Shown here in pieces: positions 60,420-64,000 of a DNA stretch of 64,000 nucleotides. Below the pieces are notes generated by a model, which searched no databases, was not told the DNA's origin, and worked only from the letters and a program-made list of their open reading frames with translations. Positions within the stretch are counted from its first letter, which is position 1, and each line of letters starts with the position of its first letter. The DNA comes from Dehalococcoidia bacterium (GTDB taxonomy: Bacteria > Chloroflexota > Dehalococcoidia > Lucifugimonadales > Australimonadaceae). A program made the position numbers and the translations under genes. Where the stretch lies: contig CBDFJL010000003.1 of assembly GCA_965248495.1 (NCBI GenBank), positions 476,852 through 540,851 on the forward strand, written 5' to 3'.

Positions 60420-61736
60420 ATGGTTAAGGAAAAAGACCGCGAAGAGCTGCTACAGATCGAGGAGGTGGGCGAGGCGGTCGAGCAGATTGAGCACACCAAG
60501 CCCTACAAGCGCTACCTGGATGCGTCGCTGGGTCTGCGCAACCACTGGTACCCAGCCTTCTTCAGCCAGGAGTTGGCCGAGGGGCAGCTCAAGGGTGAGA
60601 TGCTCCTGGGCGAGCGCATCGCCTTCAAGCGCGCGGGCGGCACCGTGTACGCCTTCGAGGACCGCTGCGCCCACCGTGCCGCGCCCTTCTCCGCCCGGCC
60701 CGAGTGCTACACCGAGAACACGGTCACCTGCTGGCTCCACGGCTTCACCTACGACGTGCGCGACGGCAAGCTGGTGCAGGTGGTCTCCGAGCCGGGCAGC
60801 GCCATCATCGGCAAGGTGAGCATCAAGACCTACCCGACTGAGGAGCACAACGGGGTCGTCTTCGTCTTCGTCGGCGACCTGGACCCGGCGCCTCCCATCA
60901 CCGACGACATCCAACCGAAGTTCTTCAACAAGGGCTTGGTCTTCCACCCGCTCATGCGCCACAAGATTCGGTGCAACTGGCGCGTGGCCGCCGAGAACGG
61001 CTACGACGCCGCGCACATCTACGGCCACCGCGGCGCCGAGATCTTCAAGCGCTTCAACGTGGCCATCCCGCTGGGCACCTACCCCTCGACGCGCGACAAC
61101 GTCACGGTGGTCGAGGGCGACGGACCCAAGGGCATCGTCAAGCTCGACGACATCAACGTCTGGTCGGCGGAGATCGAAGGCGTCCAGATCACGGCCGCCA
61201 ACGTCGACGCCGCCAATCCCCCGCCCGCGATCGACATCGCCGTGGGTCTCTTCATGCCCTGTGGCCTGGAGGTGGACTGGTTCCCGGCGCCCGGCATGAT
61301 TCACTTCGAGTGGTACGTCCCCATCGACGAGGACCACCACATGTACATGATCACCCAGTCCAAGTACGTCGAGACCGAGGCCGAGGCCAAGGCGTTCCCC
61401 AAGGAGTGTGACGACATCTTCGGTCCCCTCGTCTGGCAGCGGCCCGACGGGCAGACCGACCCGATGGGCGACGGCCCGACGTGGGGGTTCAACAACTTCG
61501 ACGCCTTCGGACGCGAGCAGATACACCATTCCTACGAGTACGAGAACTGGTGGAACCGCGAGCGCCTGTTCAAGCCGGACTACATCATCGTGCGCTGGCG
61601 GATGCTGGTCGACACGCACGCAAGGGGCATCCAGAAGCGGGGCAACTGGGCCCGCACCCACGGCTGGTCACCGCGTCACGACGGCTACCAGCCAGACCTC
61701 GCGCCCGGTGACTTCCCCGCCGCCGACCGGGGCTAG
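60420..61736 (+). CDS. Rieske [2Fe-2S] non-haem iron oxygenase, alpha-subunit-like
   Basis: CAHRAAPFS...CWLHGFTYD is the Rieske motif (CxH...CxxH), and NWRVAAENGYDAAHIYGHR is the mononuclear iron motif (DxxHxxxxH). CAGGAGGG lies upstream of the ATG. Confidence 0.85.
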   Translation: MVKEKDREELLQIEEVGEAVEQIEHTKPYKRYLDASLGLRNHWYPAFFSQELAEGQLKGEMLLGERIAFKRAGGTVYAFEDRCAHRAAPFSARPECYTENTVTCWLHGFTYDVRDGKLVQVVSEPGSAIIGKVSIKTYPTEEHNGVVFVFVGDLDPAPPITDDIQPKFFNKGLVFHPLMRHKIRCNWRVAAENGYDAAHIYGHRGAEIFKRFNVAIPLGTYPSTRDNVTVVEGDGPKGIVKLDDINVWSAEIEGVQITAANVDAANPPPAIDIAVGLFMPCGLEVDWFPAPGMIHFEWYVPIDEDHHMYMITQSKYVETEAEAKAFPKECDDIFGPLVWQRPDGQTDPMGDGPTWGFNNFDAFGREQIHHSYEYENWWNRERLFKPDYIIVRWRMLVDTHARGIQKRGNWARTHGWSPRHDGYQPDLAPGDFPAADRG

Positions 61737-61765
61737 CCGTGAGCCGGTAGGGGGAGTACGCGCAG

Positions 61766-63124
61766 ATGTCGACCGACGTTCCAGCAGCGGCGGAGACCCG
61801 CCAGGTCCCTCTTTCCACCGAGCAACGTGCGTGGGTCGACCGGGCCTGCGCGGCTATCGACGAGGCGCGGATGCGCCAATTCAACCTCGATCTCACCGCG
61901 ATCCACAGTCCAACGGGGCACGAACGGGCGGTGAGCGAGTTCGTGGCCGAATACCTGCGCGAGATTGGCCTTCAAGCGTTCTACCAGCGCGTGGACACTG
62001 ACTCGGGGAACGCGGTGGGGCGCCTGCGTGGTAGCGGCGGTGGCGCGTCGCTCATGCTGTATGCGCCCATCGACACGCACCTGAGCGCCGACCCCGACGA
62101 GGACGTGCCGTGGGTGGGTCGCGAGCTGCGCCCCGACATGCTTCCCAACGCCTACCTCGACGACGGGGGCAACGTCATCGGCCTCGGGGCCTCGAACCCC
62201 AAAGGTATGGTCACTGCGATGGTCGAAGCGGTGGCGGCGCTCAAGCAGGCCGACGTCCCGCTGACGGGTGACGTGATCGCGGCCTTCGCCGGAGGCGGCA
62301 TGCCCATGACGCCATCGCCGGAGAGCGAGGCCCAGAACCACGGGCTGGGCAGCGGCGTCACCTACATGATCAACCACGGCGTGACTGCCGACTTCTGCAT
62401 CATCTGCAAGCCTTGGTGGGCCGTCTTCTGGGAGGAGGTGGGGCTCTGCTGGTTCAAGGTCTCCGTGCGAGGGACCATGAACTACGCGGGCATCCCGCGC
62501 GGCACGCCCGGCTTCCGCAGCTCGCTGGTCCCAGCGGCCCGGGTGCTGCTCGCATTGGAGGAGTGGCTGCCCGCGTACACGAAGCGCAACACCTCCGGCC
62601 AGTGCGCGCCCGAGGGGAACATCTCGGCCCTACGCGCGGGGTGGCCCTACCGGCCCGCCTTTCCGTCGGCGACCACGGAGATATACCTGGACATCCGCTG
62701 CAACCCGCGCACGTCCACTGCCGAGGTCCGCTCTCAGTTCGCCGAGGCCATCGACGCGATACGGGCGGCCGACCCAACGCTGGAGCTCGACTGGGAGATG
62801 TTCGCCGCCTACCCCGGCGCCAGCACGAGCCCGGACAACTGGATAATCCATTCCTCGATGCGCGGATGGGAGTTCGCCGAGGGTCGCCCCCATGAGGCGC
62901 CGCCGCCGGTAAGCGGCCAGACTGACGCGTCGGCCATCCGCAACCTGGGCATCCCCACCGCGCGCTTCGGCATGCCGTTCCCACCGGCCGGCTCCCCACC
63001 GGAGTGGGACGGCCTTGGCGGCATGGGCTTCAGCAACATCCCGGACCTGGTCAAGGTGACCAAGGCCGCGATCTATGCGGCGGTCGATACCTGCACCCGG
63101 CCCCGCAGCGAGCTTGGGCTCTAG
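61766..63124 (+). CDS. M20/M25/M40 family metallohydrolase (ArgE/DapE-like)
   Basis: IHSPTGHERAVSEFVAEYLREIGL...NAVGRLRGSGGGASLMLYAPIDTH...GLGASNPKGMV is the typical M20 N-terminal metal-binding block. Confidence 0.8.
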   Translation: MSTDVPAAAETRQVPLSTEQRAWVDRACAAIDEARMRQFNLDLTAIHSPTGHERAVSEFVAEYLREIGLQAFYQRVDTDSGNAVGRLRGSGGGASLMLYAPIDTHLSADPDEDVPWVGRELRPDMLPNAYLDDGGNVIGLGASNPKGMVTAMVEAVAALKQADVPLTGDVIAAFAGGGMPMTPSPESEAQNHGLGSGVTYMINHGVTADFCIICKPWWAVFWEEVGLCWFKVSVRGTMNYAGIPRGTPGFRSSLVPAARVLLALEEWLPAYTKRNTSGQCAPEGNISALRAGWPYRPAFPSATTEIYLDIRCNPRTSTAEVRSQFAEAIDAIRAADPTLELDWEMFAAYPGASTSPDNWIIHSSMRGWEFAEGRPHEAPPPVSGQTDASAIRNLGIPTARFGMPFPPAGSPPEWDGLGGMGFSNIPDLVKVTKAAIYAAVDTCTRPRSELGL

Positions 63125-63159
63125 CCGCGCGCAACGCACGCGACAGCCGGCAGGCCGGC

Positions 63160-63995
63160 CTACTTGACGAACTTGAGCTCGTCGGTCGTCAGGAACTTGC
63201 GCACGACCCGGCTGAACTCGGGCAGCGCGAAGCCCATCGAACTGTGGTCGCCACCGTAGGCAACGGACAGGCGGGCATTCGGCGCAAGCCAAAAGGCCTC
63301 GATGCCGTACCGCACACGTATGCCCGAGTTGTCGTCGCCCCAGCAGACGAGGATGGGGAGCTGCATCGCAGGCAGGAACCGGCGGAGGCTGTACTGGTCA
63401 CGCACCTCCTCGTTCGTGATGAAGCGCTGGATAGCCTCGTAAGCCTCCTTTCGGCCCGGCAGACGCGAGCGCCGGTACAGCTCCTCGACCTGCGCGTCGG
63501 TGATCGGCTCGTAGTCGGTCCACTCGCGCCACAGGTGCGTGCGCAGAGCTTCGCGTTCTGGGAGCACCAGCTCGCCGCCGGCCATTGACGGGAGCAGCGG
63601 GTTCAGCCCCGCCGCACCCACCAGAATCAGGCGCCGCACGCGGCGCGGGTGCGTGTAGGCGAAGAGCGCCGCGGTCCAGCCCCCCATGCTCTGCCCCACG
63701 ATGTCGATCTCGTCCAGGCCGAGCTGGTCGCGAAAGTCGCGAATGGTCTCGACCCACATGGAGAAGGAATAACCGTCGGCTGGCAGATCGGACAGCCCCC
63801 AGCCGGGAGGTCCAGCGCATAGACGTGCGAATGCTCCGCCAAGGAGTCGATGGCGACGGACCACTGGTCCGCGGAGATCGCCAGCGCCATGCCGTGTACG
63901 CAGACCAACGGGCGCCCCGCGCCCTTCTCGATGTAGCGGACGCTGTAGCCATTCGCGGTCACGTAGTGGTCTTCGATCTCCGGGCGCAACGCCAT
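63160..63995 (-). pseudogene. alpha/beta hydrolase interrupted by a 1-nt frameshift (or sequencing error)
   Basis: MALRPEIEDHYVTANGYSVRYIEKGAGRPLVCVHGMA...HVYALDLP (ORF 63627..63995) continues as PGWGLSDLPADGYS...IVGQSMGGWTA (GxSxG nucleophile elbow) in ORF 63160..63864. The junction is at the G-run 63805-63807, where one extra base would restore DLPGWG. Confidence 0.7.
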
Positions 63996-64000
63996 GGGTT

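Overview
This is a high-GC bacterial chromosomal segment, about two-thirds G+C or more by hand counts. It is densely packed with housekeeping genes on both strands. In order: a partial SAM methyltransferase, ruvA-ruvC-yebC, rimM-KH-rpsP, a metallophosphoesterase, thiL-tsaE-tsaB, a ~2.3 kb low-GC islet, ndk, rsfS, mnmA, rnhB-yraN, dcd, an SDR-like gene, a membrane pyrophosphatase, HAD and a translin-like gene. Next come a nuo cluster (nuoBCDHIJK-x-LMN, with no nuoA/E/F/G), thiE, and a riboflavin operon (ribD-ribE-ribBA-ribH) that runs into yqeY-purQ-(two EamA half-transporters)-purL. These are followed by rplI-dnaB-DnaD-like-tandem DnaC-like-HIT-crcB, DUF72, CBS, leuS, a solitary SbcC/Rad50-like ATPase, etfBA and an EF-G paralogue. 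The right end holds a HExxH protein, a TolB-like protein, an AlkD-like protein, tRNA-Glu(CUC), a Rieske oxygenase, an M20 hydrolase and a frameshifted alpha/beta hydrolase. I found no CRISPR array, rRNA gene or intact mobile element. The most unusual items are: (1) a helicase-loading module next to dnaB whose loader carries two complete DnaC/IstB-type AAA+ modules in one polypeptide, downstream of a DnaD-domain gene; (2) the low-GC islet between tsaB and ndk, with a DUF5343-like gene, an orphan ORF and a decayed IS1595 transposase; (3) a CBS gene bracketed by ~126-bp direct repeats of the DUF72 3' end; (4) several families of intergenic palindromic/MITE-like repeats, one amplified into an 8-unit 22-bp tandem array; (5) a small DUF2007-like gene inside the nuo cluster. 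I see no clear-cut novel multi-gene system, and item (1) is the best candidate. All functional calls come from motif recognition in the supplied translations, because no database search was possible. Start codons are predictions. The taxon cannot be determined; the repeats and gene content weakly suggest a Chloroflexota/Thermomicrobia-type genome.
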